From: the human T2T-CHM13v2.0 reference genome, Homo sapiens
Reading direction: 5' to 3' (one strand)
DNA: 64,000 bases
NCBI RefSeq assembly: GCF_009914755.1
Contig: NC_060946.1
A program made the position numbers and the translations under genes. The notes beneath the pieces were generated by a model that was not told where the DNA came from, did not search any database, and saw only the letters and a program-made list of their open reading frames with translations. Below are positions 10,941 to 27,891 of this stretch, piece after piece; within the stretch, counting starts at the first letter, position 1, and every line of letters starts with the position of its first letter.

Positions 10941-12011
10941 CCTTCAGCTTATCCAGCAATAGACATAAATCAACGTAATGTTTGTTTTTTCAGAAAGATT
11001 TAACATAGCTGCTATCCAATTTTCTTTTTTAAACGAAATGCTAATGATTTTGATACATGAGTTACATAACTTTTTTGAAGTATGCACATAGAAAAGACTG
11101 GAAAACATGCCAGATTATTAAAAAATGTTGAGTTTGTGGTATGGGCCATTTAGGCAATTGTTGCCATTTGCTTTGTGCTTTTCTGTATTTTTTTTTTAAT
11201 TTCCAGGAAGTTTCTCTTTTCATCATCATGAGTCCTCGAAGGGTGCTGTGTTCTGTCCCTCTCACTCCTGACTGGCAGTGACTCTAAAAAATGCCCCACC
11301 CGTGGGGAGGCCTTGGAAAGTAGAAGTGGAGATGCAGTCACTGATCTCGGGAGAAGCTGAAAACACAGTCATCAGCCCTAGGAGAGGGGTTTTCTGCACT
11401 TCCTTGGCCATCGCTGGCCTCTGGGGTGTTTCAAGTTTTTCTGGAAAACAGGATCATTCTGTGGAGTGAGTCTCAGGACCTTGACATGGGAGGAACAAAA
11501 CTTTTCTTGCTTTTTTGGTGCACCCTGGGCTGAAATAAGAAAACCACTAGGGGTGAGTCTTCAAAGCAAAGACAACCCAGGTGAGCGGAGTGGTGGGGTT
11601 TTAAAAAAACACAGGTGGAGAGGAGCACGTTCTCTCTCTCAGATAAGATCTCAACCAGTGGGGAGAACCATGCGTGCTCAGGATGGGATGCCTGCCTCAG
11701 AATCCCCTGGAATATGGATTTCCACTCCACCCATCTTCTGCTACAGCAATGGAATTGGTTTCTATCAAGGTGGGACTGAGGTGCTGGGCAGGTTGACCAT
11801 CACCTCCCAAGTGATGAAGCAGCTGGCTGGGGATGTGGATGGGAAGGAGCTCAGAGGCTGCCCCAAGCTCCTCCCAGCACGAAGCTGAAAACCAGACCCT
11901 TCTGCCCCTAAGAGGCTGTCGAGGGCTTCCTGTCTCCCCTTGTGAGAAAAGAGACTCAGTGAAGCAGGGCTCATATTAGTGAATCTCCAAAGGTATTCCC
12001 AGCTTCCCTGA

Positions 12012-12480
12012 AGCCGCGGTTCTCAGTGTGTGAACCACAAACCAGCATCACTGGCATCACCTGGGGTCTTGTTAGAAATGCAAGTTCCGATCAGGAGCCT
12101 TGGTTCAGGCCTATAATCCCAACACTTTGGGAAACTGAGGTGGGAGGATCGCTTGAGGCCGGGAATTCGAGACCAGCCAGGACAACATGGTAAGACCCCA
12201 TCTCTATAAAAAATAAAAAATTAGCTGGGCATGGTGGTGCACAACTGTAGTCCTAGCTACTCAGGAGGCTGAGGTGGGAGGATCACTTGAGCCTAGGAGT
12301 TCAAGGCTGCAGTGAGCTATGATCACGCCATTGCACTCCAGCCTGGGCAAAAGAGTGAGAACGGGTCTCAATAAATAAATAAAAAGAAATGCAAGTTCTC
12401 AGTCCTACCCTAGACCTACTGAATCACAATTTGGGAGGGAGGGGTGTCCCAACTGTAAACCCAAGTTTGAGAACCATTGC
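12012..12480 (+). mobile_element. MER5-type element containing AluJ (+, 12088-12384)
   Basis: ggttctcagtgtg...tttgagaaccattg ends. Alu TSD agaaatgcaagttc at 12074-12087 and 12385-12398. Confidence 0.8.
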
Positions 12481-12486
12481 TTTGCC

Positions 12487-12602
12487 AAGATAGGGTCTTG
12501 CTATGTTGTCCAGGCTGATCTTGAACTCCTGGGCTCAAGTGATCCTCCTGTCTCAGCCTCCCAAAGTGCTGGGATTATGGGTGTGAGCCATTGCACTTGG
12601 CT
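12487..12602 (-). mobile_element. FLAM / Alu monomer
   Basis: agatagggtcttgctatgttg...gtgagccattgcacttggc. Confidence 0.85.
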
Positions 12603-12962
12603 ACCATTGCCTTTGGGTTTTGTATTTCTTTAAACTGTTCGCCTTTCTGCATCTTTCATGAAAATAGGTGGGTGATATGTTCCTTTTCCAAGACCAGTTT
12701 ATAGTTAATGCTGTTTCTTCATAAAGTTGTTATTCTTTTTTTCACTAAAGAAGGCAACTTTGAGTGGATTGGGCTTAAATTTTCTTTCTCTCCATTAATC
12801 CAGGAATTAGGAAACATCAACCAGGTGGCTCACGCTGCCATTTCCTGAGATAGCAGTTTCTGTCAAAAAGATTGGTCCACATATTGGCCAAATCCTCCTT
12901 TTCTTCCAGGCATACTTTATATTCATCATTATTATATATTCAGGAGGCAAACTATATTCTTC

Positions 12963-13257
12963 TTTTTAGAGATAGGGTCTCACTCTTGCCCAGGTTGGAG
13001 AGCAGTGGTGCCATCACAGCTCACTGAGCCCTGATCTCCTGAGCTCAGGTGATCCTCCTGGCTCAGCCTCCCATGTAGCTGGGACTACAGGTGTGCACCA
13101 TCATGCCCGGATAATTTTTTATTTTTATTTTTTGTAGAGGTGGGGTCTCGCTGTGTTGCCCAGACTAGTCTCAAACTCCTGGGCTCAGCTCAAGCAATCT
13201 TCCCGTCTCGGTCTCCCAAAGCACTGGGATTATAGGTATGAGCCACGGCCCCCAGCC
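12963..13257 (-). mobile_element. AluJ
   Basis: Reverse dimeric Alu with J-type ctcctgggctcaag. Confidence 0.88.
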
Positions 13258-14506
13258 TTCAATTTTTCTTTAATGTTGGTTTCCCTGTTAGAATGAAAGC
13301 TCAGTGAAGCACATCTTGTTCACAATTGCATTACCACCACCGCGTACCATGACAGGCTCACAGGAGGCATTTATTAAGTGATTGCTGGCTGATGTCCTCA
13401 CGCTTCCACCTATGACCACCTGTGGCTTATTCCCATTTTCTAGGGGAGCCCCTGAGGCTCAGAAAGGGGGAGATGATTTGCTCAAGGCCATGCTGGTGGA
13501 AAATGAAAAAGCTGGGTTTGAACCCAGGGCTCTATCCCACCCATGGTGGTCAACCTCTCTGGCTTTTCTTGCACCACGGCACTCCAAAACCTCCTCCACC
13601 CATGCTGGAGGCCTCTCTCCTGGCTGCCCATGGTCACTGCACAGCCCTGTGCACAGAGCCTGTCTCTGGTGCTGGGCTGGAGGGAGTTGAAGTTTTTGAA
13701 GCTTCCAGTACTGGAAATGTTGGTGGTGAGCAGGGCACCCTGACCCCGGCTTTAAAAATAGGAAGCCTGAAATAGCTCTTTCTGGGCCTCCCCTTTGCTG
13801 TGGCCTTTGAAGCCCCGAGTGTGCAGGGCTGAGAGTCCCTGCGTCCTGTGGCTGCCCTGGACAGGCTCTGCGAGGAATCCAGGCTGGAAGCCAGGCCCAG
13901 GTGGGAGCCACAGTCCACCACAATAGTGGCTTCCTAAAACCAAATCTTTGCTCCCCATCTCGAGCAGGGGAGTTGATTGGTGATGGCCGCGGGCATCTGG
14001 GAGCCTTGGCAGGGCAGCCCTGAAGGAGATCCCAAAAGAAGGGTGTATGAGTTCTTCATGCAGTTCTCCTGAACTTCCATCACCCATCTGAGCTAATGAA
14101 TTTCTGTTAAATTCACACACTTCTCACCAATCCCCTGATCCAGGCCCGCATCCTCTCTTGTTCACACAACCCCAGCAGCACTTCTCACAGGTCTGTCTGC
14201 ACTCCCTCTGTCCCCCTACAAATCCCATGCAGAAGTCAGAGGGATCTCAAAATGCAAATCTGATCATGAGACCCTCCTGCTTAAACCTGCCATGGCTCCC
14301 CTTCACCCTCTGGATACAAATCCTAATTACTAACTCACAAGACCTGTGTGGACCAGCCCTTGCTTTGTCTCTTTAGCTTCCTACCATGTATATAAACTTT
14401 TTTTTCTGTCCTGTGTACCCTTGATGAGTCCTCCAGCCACAGGACTCTGGCATATGCTGTTTTCTTTTCCTGAAACATATTTTCCCCCAGTTTGCCTAAT
14501 TATTCC

Positions 14507-14822
<316 letters not shown>

Positions 14823-15682
14823 CGTAATTATCCCCCTTATGCAGGCTTCGAATCTCGGCCCAGCGTCCTCCCTGGCTTCTATGGCCAGGCCAATCTTCTG
14901 ATGTGCTATTTTCTGCTTTGCTCACCTCTCTTTGGAAGCCCTAATCACACATGTTGCTCTATATGTATTTATTTAGTTCTTTGATTTCATTTCCATCTCT
15001 TTTCCTAGGCTCTATGAGGGCAAGGGCCACGCCTGATTTTGCATTCAATATATCCACAGAGCACAGTATATAGTTGAGGCTTGATAGGTATTTATTGAAT
15101 GAATGAAAGATCAAATGAATGAATGAGTAGTCAAACCCAGAGACTAGGACTTGACCAACAGGAAAGACTCCTTAGAATTAGTCACTTCCAAGCACGAAGC
15201 CATGGAGACACCTGTCATTGTAATGAAAATCAAGCACTCGGATAAAAAGCTTGTCTTGTTCTCTCAACATGTGCCGATTTCTTCATCTGAAAACAACTCT
15301 CATTGTTCAGGCACAAATGCTTCCCTCTCCTCGAGTTAGTGACCACCCCCATTCCTCCCTTCCAGAGCACAGACTCCAGAATCTGTTACAGTAACTCTTC
15401 AGAACTGCGTGTTTTAACCAACCTTGTCTCAACATTCTCATCTGGAAACAGGGTGCATGTGGCTTGCTTGGCAGGAGATGTGGCCTACAAAGTGATGAAT
15501 CCATAGCCTGGTGCCCAGCTGCTGCATAAAAACATAATTTCTCCATTTTTAAACTTGTAATGCTTCCTTCTACCTTGGGTACTACCAGAACACTCCAAGC
15601 ATCTCAGTCTAGAGAGTGTAAAGGAAAGTATCCAATAAATGCTTTCATTCTAGGCAGGGCTACTCATTCTCAACTTCACCGC

Positions 15683-15945
15683 TTTTTTTTTTTTTTTTTT
15701 TTTGCGACAGGGTCTCACATCACCCAGGCTGGGGTACAGTGGCACCATCAGGGTTCACTGCAGCCTCAACCTCCCTGGGCTCAGGTGATCCTCCTGCCTC
15801 AGCCTCCTGAGTCTCTGAGACCACAGATGCACCGCCACACCTCGCTAACTTTTTTATTTTTTGTAGAGATGGTGTTTCTCCATGTTGCCCAGGCTCATCT
15901 CGAATTCCTGAGCTCAAGCGATCTGCCCTCCTCGGCTTCGCAATC
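15683..15945 (-). mobile_element. AluJ, 5'-truncated
   Basis: Poly-T plus reverse Alu. Confidence 0.85.
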
Positions 15946-15949
15946 AACT

Positions 15950-16125
15950 TTACTCCTCTTGATGTGTGGTGGGGGCTGCCCTGTGCACTGCAGGATATTA
16001 ACTGCACCCCCCGGCCTCTACCAGCCAGTTGACCAGTAGCAACCCCCAACACTTGATGACCAAAAATGTATACAAACATTGCCAAGTGTCTCCTGGGAGC
16101 AAAATCACCCCAGGTTGAAAACTGT
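15950..16125 (+). mobile_element. MER20 hAT fragment
   Basis: ggggctgccctgtgcactgcagg...accaaaaatgtatacaaacattgccaagtgtc...gcaaaatcacccc. Confidence 0.8.
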
Positions 16126-16507
16126 AGGGAATTACAGATATTCATACTAGGGATAAGGACATTTCCAAAGAGGATAGTGGATGGGGTCACTAATGGGATT
16201 TCCAGCAGGATTGCAGACAGGGAGGTGAAAATTTAGGACAAATCATGCAAAGTAGGTGTTTGCCTCCACCTTCTACATGAGACAGACTCAGATAAACGGT
16301 CAGGGATGAAGGGGATGAAGTCTCCCATTTTATAGATGGGGAAGTAGAGGTCCACAGGGAAGAACTTTGTTATCTGGCAAGCAGTGAGACCTGGGTGCCT
16401 AAAACACACCTGTACAAATGCATATGCATGTAGTATGTGCATATGTATTAGATAAATATTTGACATGTATTATATGTAGCAACTCTATTAGAAATGGAAC
16501 TCTGTTA

Positions 16508-16840
<333 letters not shown>

Positions 16841-17794
16841 TCACATACACAAATGCACACACAGATACAGGTGAATCCTAACCTCCTTGCTTCCTTTTGT
16901 TAGTTCAGGGAGGAGAAAGCGGGGGGAATTTGGGGTGCATTTACTACCTGCAATCTTTTGGCTTTGGGAACTCAGGAGGAGGAGGAGGCAGGACAGAAAG
17001 AGCAGATGGAACAGGTACCCTTTTGGTTAGCCAGAGGGGACATTTGTGAACTAAGTGGGAAGAAAAGTGTCATTTTGTCCTTTTGTCTTATGAAGCTATT
17101 TTGGTGGCATTCATTTGGTTTTGAATGAAAGAAGCTGAATTTTACCACTGATTGTACATGTGAGTTGTTAGCAACAACCACCACAATAAGTCTGGGAACT
17201 GCGGGAAAGTAGGATGGGGCCATGGGAAATGGCCCGCCCTTCCTTCATCCAGAGGTGGCTGATGCCAATCTCCTGGCAAGGCCTGTCAGGCTTCTCTTAG
17301 GATGCACTGTGCATGGTGGTGAGGACTCCGGGCATCAGACCGACAAGGCTGGCAGGGGGTAAGGGCCTTTTCCAGAGCAAGGGGTCACACATGCAAAATT
17401 ATCAAGGTGAGAAAAACTACTGGACGAGAGGGAATGGAGGTGGCTCTGCATGCAACTGTGGCTTCTACAGGGTGTGGGAACAAGAATGGTGGCAGGTGAG
17501 GCTGGCAAGGCAGCAGGGCCCAGGCTATGGAGGTAAATGTTGACCCTGGAAAGGAGTGTGGGCTTGCTTCTGAGGGCACTGGGGAGCCATGGGAGAATTC
17601 TAAGGAAGAGAGTCACCTGGCACAATTGGCCCTGGGGAACATTCCTTCTGTCTAGTGTGAGGAGTTGGGGAAAGAGGGAAAAGGCTGGAAGCAGTTCCCT
17701 TTGGTTGAGTGACAGAGGCCAACCACCTGCGCTATCCAGGTGGGGGCATGCCGGGGACGGGGCAGGATTTCTCTGGTGCACCCATTCCTTGTAA

Positions 17795-18137
<343 letters not shown>

Positions 18138-18416
18138 TTGTACTTTTCAAAGCACATTTGTCCATTTCTTGTTTCAGACATTCTTTTGATTAGAAACAAA
18201 ATGTTACATTACAGTGGAAGCCTGCTGGGTACTTCCCTGACACCATTCCCTTTTCTCCTCCTACTTTTTTTGTATCTTTTTGTATCTTTTTTTTACTTTA
18301 ACTACATGTGCCTAACCACAAACAATATATAGTATTGTTTCCACACTTTCCGTAAATGTTAAACTCTGTGATTCATTTAGCAAATTGCATTTTTCCCTTT
18401 AACATTATGTTTCCAA

Positions 18417-19170
<754 letters not shown>

Positions 19171-19266
19171 TATATTGTCACATATAGTAGATTTAGATCA
19201 TTCATCTTAGCTGGTGTGCACAGTTTCACTGCATATGTATAATGCAAGTTATTAATCCAGTCTCTC

Positions 19267-19518
19267 TTTGTTGTTGTTGTTGTTGTTTTGATACGGAGTC
19301 TCATTGTGTTGCCCAGGCTATAGTGGTGTGATCTCAGCTCACTGCAACCTCCGCCCCCTGGGTTCAAGTGATTCTCTTGCCTCAGCCTCCTGAGTAGCTG
19401 GGATTACAGGTGCCCACCACCACACCCAGCTAATTTTTGTATTTTTAGTAGAGACAGGTTTCACCATCTTGGCCAGGCTGTCCTTGAACTCCTGACCTCG
19501 TGATCCACCCGCCTCCCA
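19267..19518 (-). mobile_element. AluS with (GTT)n tail, truncated
   Basis: Reverse Alu body. Confidence 0.85.
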
Positions 19519-19894
19519 GTCCCGTTTTGATGGACACTTGCGTTGCTTCCAGTGGCTGCTGCTGTACACCTTGCTGCCGTGATTAGACCATGTGCATCCG
19601 GAGCCCTTTCCTTTCTTTTGGTGGCCACCTCTCCTTGAGGGGCCTTGTGACCGTGCCGAGAGCAAGAACTCTGCAACTGGGCTGACTGGGTTCAGATTCC
19701 AAATCTGTAATTTACGGGCTGAGCAACTGAGCAAGTTGCTTAAGGACGCTGTTTTTTCATCCAGAAAAATGGAGATAATAGCAGTACTTCCTTTAGAGGT
19801 TGTTGTGAAGATTAACCTATTAGTGTCTGTGAAGCGCTTAGTACTATGAGGTGTTTAACATAATTATTATGCAGCTAAAACTTGAACATGGGGA

Positions 19895-20292
19895 TGTGCT
19901 TACTTATTTGTGGGAGCTACAAATTAAAACAATTGAATTTATGGAGACAGTAGAAGGATGGTTACCAGCGACTAGGAAGGGTAGATGGCGGGGTGGAGTT
20001 AGGGGAGAAAGAGGGGATAGTTAATGGGTACAAAAAAATAGTTAGAATGAATAAGATCTAGTATTTGGTAGCACAACAGGGTGGCTATAGTCAACAATAA
20101 TTTAATTGTACATTTAAAAATAACTAAAATAATATAATTGGATTGTTTGAAACACAAAGGATAATTGCTTGAGGGGATGGATACCCAATTTACCCCGATA
20201 TGATTATTATGCATTGCATGCCTCTATCAAAATAGCTCATATGCCCCATAAATGTATACACCTACCATGTATCCACAAAAAATTAAAAATGG
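19895..20292 (+). mobile_element. L1MA2/3-like 3' end inserted in a MIR
   Basis: gaaggatggttaccag...gaatgaataagatctagtattt...cacaaaaaattaaaaat. Degenerate TSD aaaac(a)ttga(a/g)catggg. Confidence 0.8.
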
Positions 20293-21334
20293 AAAAACAT
20301 TGAGCATGGGAGGTGTGAGTGGAGCTGTCCCAGCCTCGTCTCCCAGGCTGTGCAACTTTGAACAGGTCACTGCACTGCTCCGGGTCTCACCTTCTACATC
20401 CATGAAATGGCGGTGTCGTAAGGATGACATGAGATGATGTGTAGCCTGTAACGACACTCGACTAGGATTCATTTTTCTTGTCCCACTTCTTTTCCTCACC
20501 CTTGTGAGGTCATTCAGGCACATGTCATTCAGTCACCTTCTTCGACAGATAAGTATACTGTGGCTCGGAGAGGTGGAGAGACTTTCTGTAGGTCACCCAG
20601 CGTGTCAGAGGTGAATAGACTCTGCAGGCAATGTCCATGGGGTGGGTAACAGTGGTTGTGGTTGCCACACCTTGGAGCCAGCTCAGCTCCTCCTGTAGAC
20701 CCCATTAAACAGCCCCTGTCCCTGACCTCCAATCCTACCCTCCTCACTTAGCCTCCAAGCTTGGCCACCCACTGTGTTCTTGTGATGAGGTGGAACAGAC
20801 ACAGTCATCCACGTGGCCTCTTAGAAACAGCCACCAAATGCTCCCGTATCGTAGCAACCACAGAATCAAAACAAGCTCTTAATGAAAGATCAAAAAAGAC
20901 AGGGAGCTGGAAAGCCCACTCCCTGAACCAGCCAGCCCTCTGAAGATTCCTACTGCTGGGGTTTCAGTTCAGGGAGTTTATTTGATTTGCGTCTTCAACC
21001 TCCCCGCTCCACATTGTTAACTTCTAGCAGACTGTGGCTGGGAGCCAAGAAGTGGGTTTTAAATACACAAAAGGAAACAGAGCATGGCGAGGTCTGGAGG
21101 ACAGAAGCCATCAGAGAGTGGGTGTTCCGGGGGGTGGCGATCATAGAGGCACTGCACCACGCCTGGAGCCAGGGAATGACTTTTGCTTGGCCCTTGAAGT
21201 TTCTAGAGGCTGAACTTAAGCGCTGCAGCCCCTTGTACCCACTGCTCAGCCTTTAGTTGGCTTCTTGCAGTGAAATCCCAAAAGGGAAAGCCGGGAAGGC
21301 CCTTAAAGACCACTTGATCCAGTGGTTTCCAAAC

Positions 21335-21642
<308 letters not shown>

Positions 21643-22689
21643 CCAAACTTTTTTTTTTTTAAGCAAAGAAATTGTTTCCTGGATAACCTCACATAAAGCA
21701 TCCCAGTATGTAAAGCAGATAATAGTGTTGGAAGTGACAACCTGGAATTCTGTCCATGGGGACTCTTCTCCTTGTACTCCCACACACAGAAACCCTTCAG
21801 CTTATGCTTCCAACGTCAGTGTCCAAAGAAACTTTAGACAAATCCAGCCCCTTCATTCACAGATGGAGACATTATTGTTAGTTGTAGTAAATGTTAGCTA
21901 ACTACCAGTACTTACACTTTAAACGTGCCTGGCATAGGAGAATGATTTTATATGTCTGATAGTATCAAATCCCCACAACTACCTGATAAACTAAGTATTA
22001 TAATGACCCTCATTTTGCAGGTGAGTAAACAGAAGTCTAGAGAGGTACAATCACTTCCGAAAGTCACCCAGCTGGTAAGTGGTGAAGGCAGAATTCAGAG
22101 CCCAGTGTGGCTGACTCAATAGCCTGTGCCATCCACCCCTACATGAGTTGCCCAGGGAGGTTAGAGACTGTCCCACAGTCTCATAGGAGCTGAGCAGGGA
22201 CAACGAGGTGGCCTGGTGTGGAGGGAAGGTCACGGGTGTGTGGGGCTGGAGCTCTGGGTCCAAGATGTTCATCAGCTGCCTGTCCTGGCTGGTAAGAGAC
22301 TGAGGGTGAGTGGTCAGTGAGCATGAGAGGGGGAAGGGAGCCTTGGGAGACCACACTGGAGAACCTGGAACTAGGGAGCTATAGCAGGTGTCTGAGCTAG
22401 AGAATTAATCCTACTGTTGGCTGCACATCAATATTGGGACAATAGGCCCAGATGTGTCATTCCTAATAATCACAATGGGGCAGGATGGTGCTCAAAGCAC
22501 TTTACTGGCATGATCTTAATCATCACAAAGCCTCTATGAGAGAGGTGATGTCATGATACCCATTTTACAGATGAGGTCGCTGGGGGCTCAGGGAAGTGAA
22601 GTGCTTTGTCCAGGGTCACGTGGCTGAAGAGTGGGGGAGCTGACACTTGAAGCCAAGACTGGCTGACTTTCAAGCCCACATGCCTCTGT

Positions 22690-23672
22690 CAGTTAAGTGT
22701 GGTGATGGTAATGCTGTGTAACAAACAATCCCCCAAATCTCTGTGCTGTAGGACAGTAAGTGTTGATTTAGCTCGCATGTCTAATGTGGGTTGGCTGAGC
22801 CAGGCTGGGCTCAGCTGGGCAGCTGTGTGCTCATCCATGTGTCTCTCATCCTGTCCTGGGATCAGTGGACTAGCCTTGGCATATTCCCCTCCTGCTCATG
22901 GCAGGAGTGCAAGGGGGTGAGCAGAAACACACAAAGTCTCTTGAGGCCTAGACTCAGGACCACACAGAGTCACTCCTGCCTCATTCTATTGACCCTAGCA
23001 AGTCACAGGGCCAAACCCAGGGTCAATAGGTGGGAAATGGTACTCTGTTCTTTTAACGGGAGGAACTGCAAAGTCGCTTGGCAAGGGTGAGAATACAAAG
23101 AAGGGTAAAGAATTGGAGGCAAGTTTTGCATTATATCATATTGTCTGTGCTGGTTTAAAATATGTTCACACAGTCTTTGATAATTCCTTCAAAAGATGGA
23201 GCCTAATTCTACATCTCTTGAGTGTGGGCTAGCCTTACTGACTCCCTTTTAATGAATAGAACAAAGTGGAAGTGATGGTGTGCAACTTCCAAGGCAAGGT
23301 CATAAAAGACATTGTGGCTCCCTCCTCGCTCTCTTGAGGATCACCCACTCTAGGGAAGCCAGCTGCCATGTCGTGGGGATATTCAAGCAGCCCAGTGGAG
23401 AGACCCATGTGGTGAGGACCTGTGATCTCCAGCCAGCAGCTGTGTGAGTGGCCTATCTTGGAAGCAGCTCCTCCAGCCCCAGTTCAGTCTTCAGATGAGA
23501 CTGCAGCTGCAGCTGACATCCTGACTGCAACCTGATGAGAGACCCAGAGTCAGAACTGCTCAGACTAAAGTTGCTCCTGAATTTCTGACCCGCAGGAACT
23601 GTGAGACAACAACTGTTTATTGTTTTAAGTTGCCAAGTTCTGGGGTAGATTTGCTTGCAGCAATAGATACGA
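22690..23672. mobile_element. Two adjacent MaLR LTRs (old MLT1J/K-like, then MLT1F-like from ~23145)
   Basis: tgctgtgtaacaaacaatcccc... and aagatggagcctaattc...ggaagccagctgccatg...gcagcaatagat. Confidence 0.7.
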
Positions 23673-24737
23673 ATGCTGTGTCTAAGTATTCTGCCAACTC
23701 ACTGCTGCCATAGCAAGGCCCATCATAACAAGCGAGGCTTGGATGGAAGCAGCTTTGTCTTCTACCCAGAGAACCAGCAAAATCCCAACAATTTACCAAG
23801 ATTAGAGAACCAAAAATACCCATGGAAACTATAGTTGTTAAGAAACATCTGTTTTTGAGCTGTCTAAATTGGGTAGTTCTCAAAAGGAATAAAAATGTAT
23901 CAGAGGATGGGGACAGCTGGGTGGGGACTGATGCCAACTGCCTGGCAGGCTCAGCTGGTCACTCGGGTTCCTTCTCAGAGCTGAGGCAGGGAGAAAGATC
24001 CAAATAAAGATCTGATGGGGCAGATTAGACAGAGCTGCCTGTAGCAAGGCACTGAGGGCTGTGTCCAGCTGCAGGGGCAGTACTTAAGCTTACTGCACCC
24101 CTACTATGTGCCAGGTGCAGGGTGGGCACCTGCATGTGAGGACCAGGGATTGGGGTGTTGGAAGATTTTGGCTTTTGGCCAGGACTAAAGGGTGAGAGGT
24201 AGTATGGAGAAGGAATTAAGGCCCTGTGGAGAGGCCTGGGCTTAAATCCTGGCATTGATGTTTACCAGCTCTGAGGCTTGTACGTGGCCAATCACTTAAA
24301 CACTCTGGGCCAGTTTCCTCAACTGTAAAACGGGCATAGTCACAGTGCCTACTTGATCCATCCTTGTGTTCCTCTCAGGCTTGCTTTGTAAGACTCCTGG
24401 ACTCCTTAGGTTTTATCAATCCTGGTGCCCTTCCATTGTATCACATCCTTGGATCACAGTGATGGGTTCAGGAATAGACACATGACCCAAGGGAGGCTAA
24501 TCAGGTGAATATAGGGAGATGTTCTTTCTTTCTTAAGGTGGCTACGTTTAGGACATGAGCCAGGGTTGCCAGTGTCACCCATCACATGTACCATATGAAT
24601 AACTCTTGTCTAAGATCTGGCAAGAGATGGTGGAGCCTAATGACATTGTTAAAGATCCTGGATACAGCCATACCTGAAGCGTATCCAGAATTCCGGCTGA
24701 GTATCTGTACTAGTCAATGTTCTCCAAATAATATACA

Positions 24738-25898
<1,161 letters not shown>

Positions 25899-25899
25899 A

Positions 25900-26222
25900 G
25901 AACCAGCAGTCTGGATAGTCAAGAAGAGCTCATGTTTTTGTTTGATTTGGAAAACAGGAGAAGATCAGTGTCCCAGCTCAATGCCAGTAGTCAGGAAAAT
26001 TTCCCTCTAACTTGTAGGAGTATGAGCCTTTTGTTCTATTCAGGCCTTTAACGGATTGGGTGAGAGCCACCCATAGCAGGGAAGAAAATTTACTCAGTCT
26101 ACCAATTCATGTGTTAATCTTATCCAAAAACGCCCTCACAGACACACCCAGAATAATGTTTGACCAAATATCTGGGCACCCTGTGGCTCAGTCAAGTTGA
26201 CACATAAAGTTAACCATCACAG
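25900..26222. mobile_element. MLT2-type LTR fragment
   Basis: ttttgttctattcaggcct...gacacacccagaataatgtttgaccaaatatctgggcac...taaccatcaca. Confidence 0.75.
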
Positions 26223-26254
26223 TGTCCCAAGTTATATGATCTAATACTGTCCCC

Positions 26255-26544
<290 letters not shown>

Positions 26545-26869
26545 ACCTTCCCCTATTTGTTTTAAACACATTTTGTTTGACAGAACTTGCTCACAACCAA
26601 CAGTTTGAATGATAGAAATGCTTATTTCATAGGGATAGTGAAACAACAAATGATCTCTCTCATAGCACAATGCCTGAGGGGGACAGTGGGTGCTCAAAAA
26701 TAATAATCATTGATGCATGTTATAGAGAAATATCATGGGAAGAGGATTTTCCCATTTTGCTCCCACTTCTCCCCACAATGCTGACACATAAAATTAACCA
26801 TCAGTGTCCAAGTTATGTGTTCTAATATCTTCCCCTATTTGTTTTAAACACATTTAAAAACACGTTTAA

Positions 26870-27203
<334 letters not shown>

Positions 27204-27822
27204 CATCATGTCCTCTCTTTATCAGGGGTACCCAACGGTTTTAGGCAGATGGGACAGACCCTGCAATCCACAGACAAACTCTATGTTCTAAGATGTTTGG
27301 CACAATTATTCATAAGCTCAAAGATAAGGAACCTGTAGAATTCTTCCTTAAGGCTATCGTCTGGTACATAATCTAATTTTGATGTCTAAAGCTTAACATC
27401 ACTTGTCTTTCTCTTTGCATTTTCTGTAATAAATTCTAATCTCACCCAGACTAATGGATGCCTAGCGTGGTAGAGATAAAAATCTGTACTCAGGAAAGCA
27501 AAATGAAATACACATTAAAAACTTTTAAACTAGGTATCCCTGCTACATATCTTTTGAAGCATGGTGGATGTATTGATTTTGACCACTAGCGTCCCTTCCT
27601 TGATGAAACCATGCCTCCCTCACTCCCCAGAGGCTGTTAATCACTGTTGTCTGCCCTCCTCACCACAGCGGAGGGCCTGTGACCAGGCTGAGCCAATCCT
27701 AGCACCCATGTCAGTGTCCTCTTGGGCTCAGTGATTGGTCCTGAGGTGAACATGTGACCCAAGCAGAGCCAATCCAAATCCTTAGTTGGATTTCTATGTG
27801 GAAGCTGAGAGAGAGGAAGAGC

Positions 27823-27848
27823 GATAGATAGATAGATAGTTAGATAGA

Positions 27849-27888
<40 letters not shown>

Positions 27889-27891
27889 TAG
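27823..27891. repeat. Compound (GATA)n(GACA)n STR
   Basis: Direct tetranucleotide runs. Confidence 0.95.
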
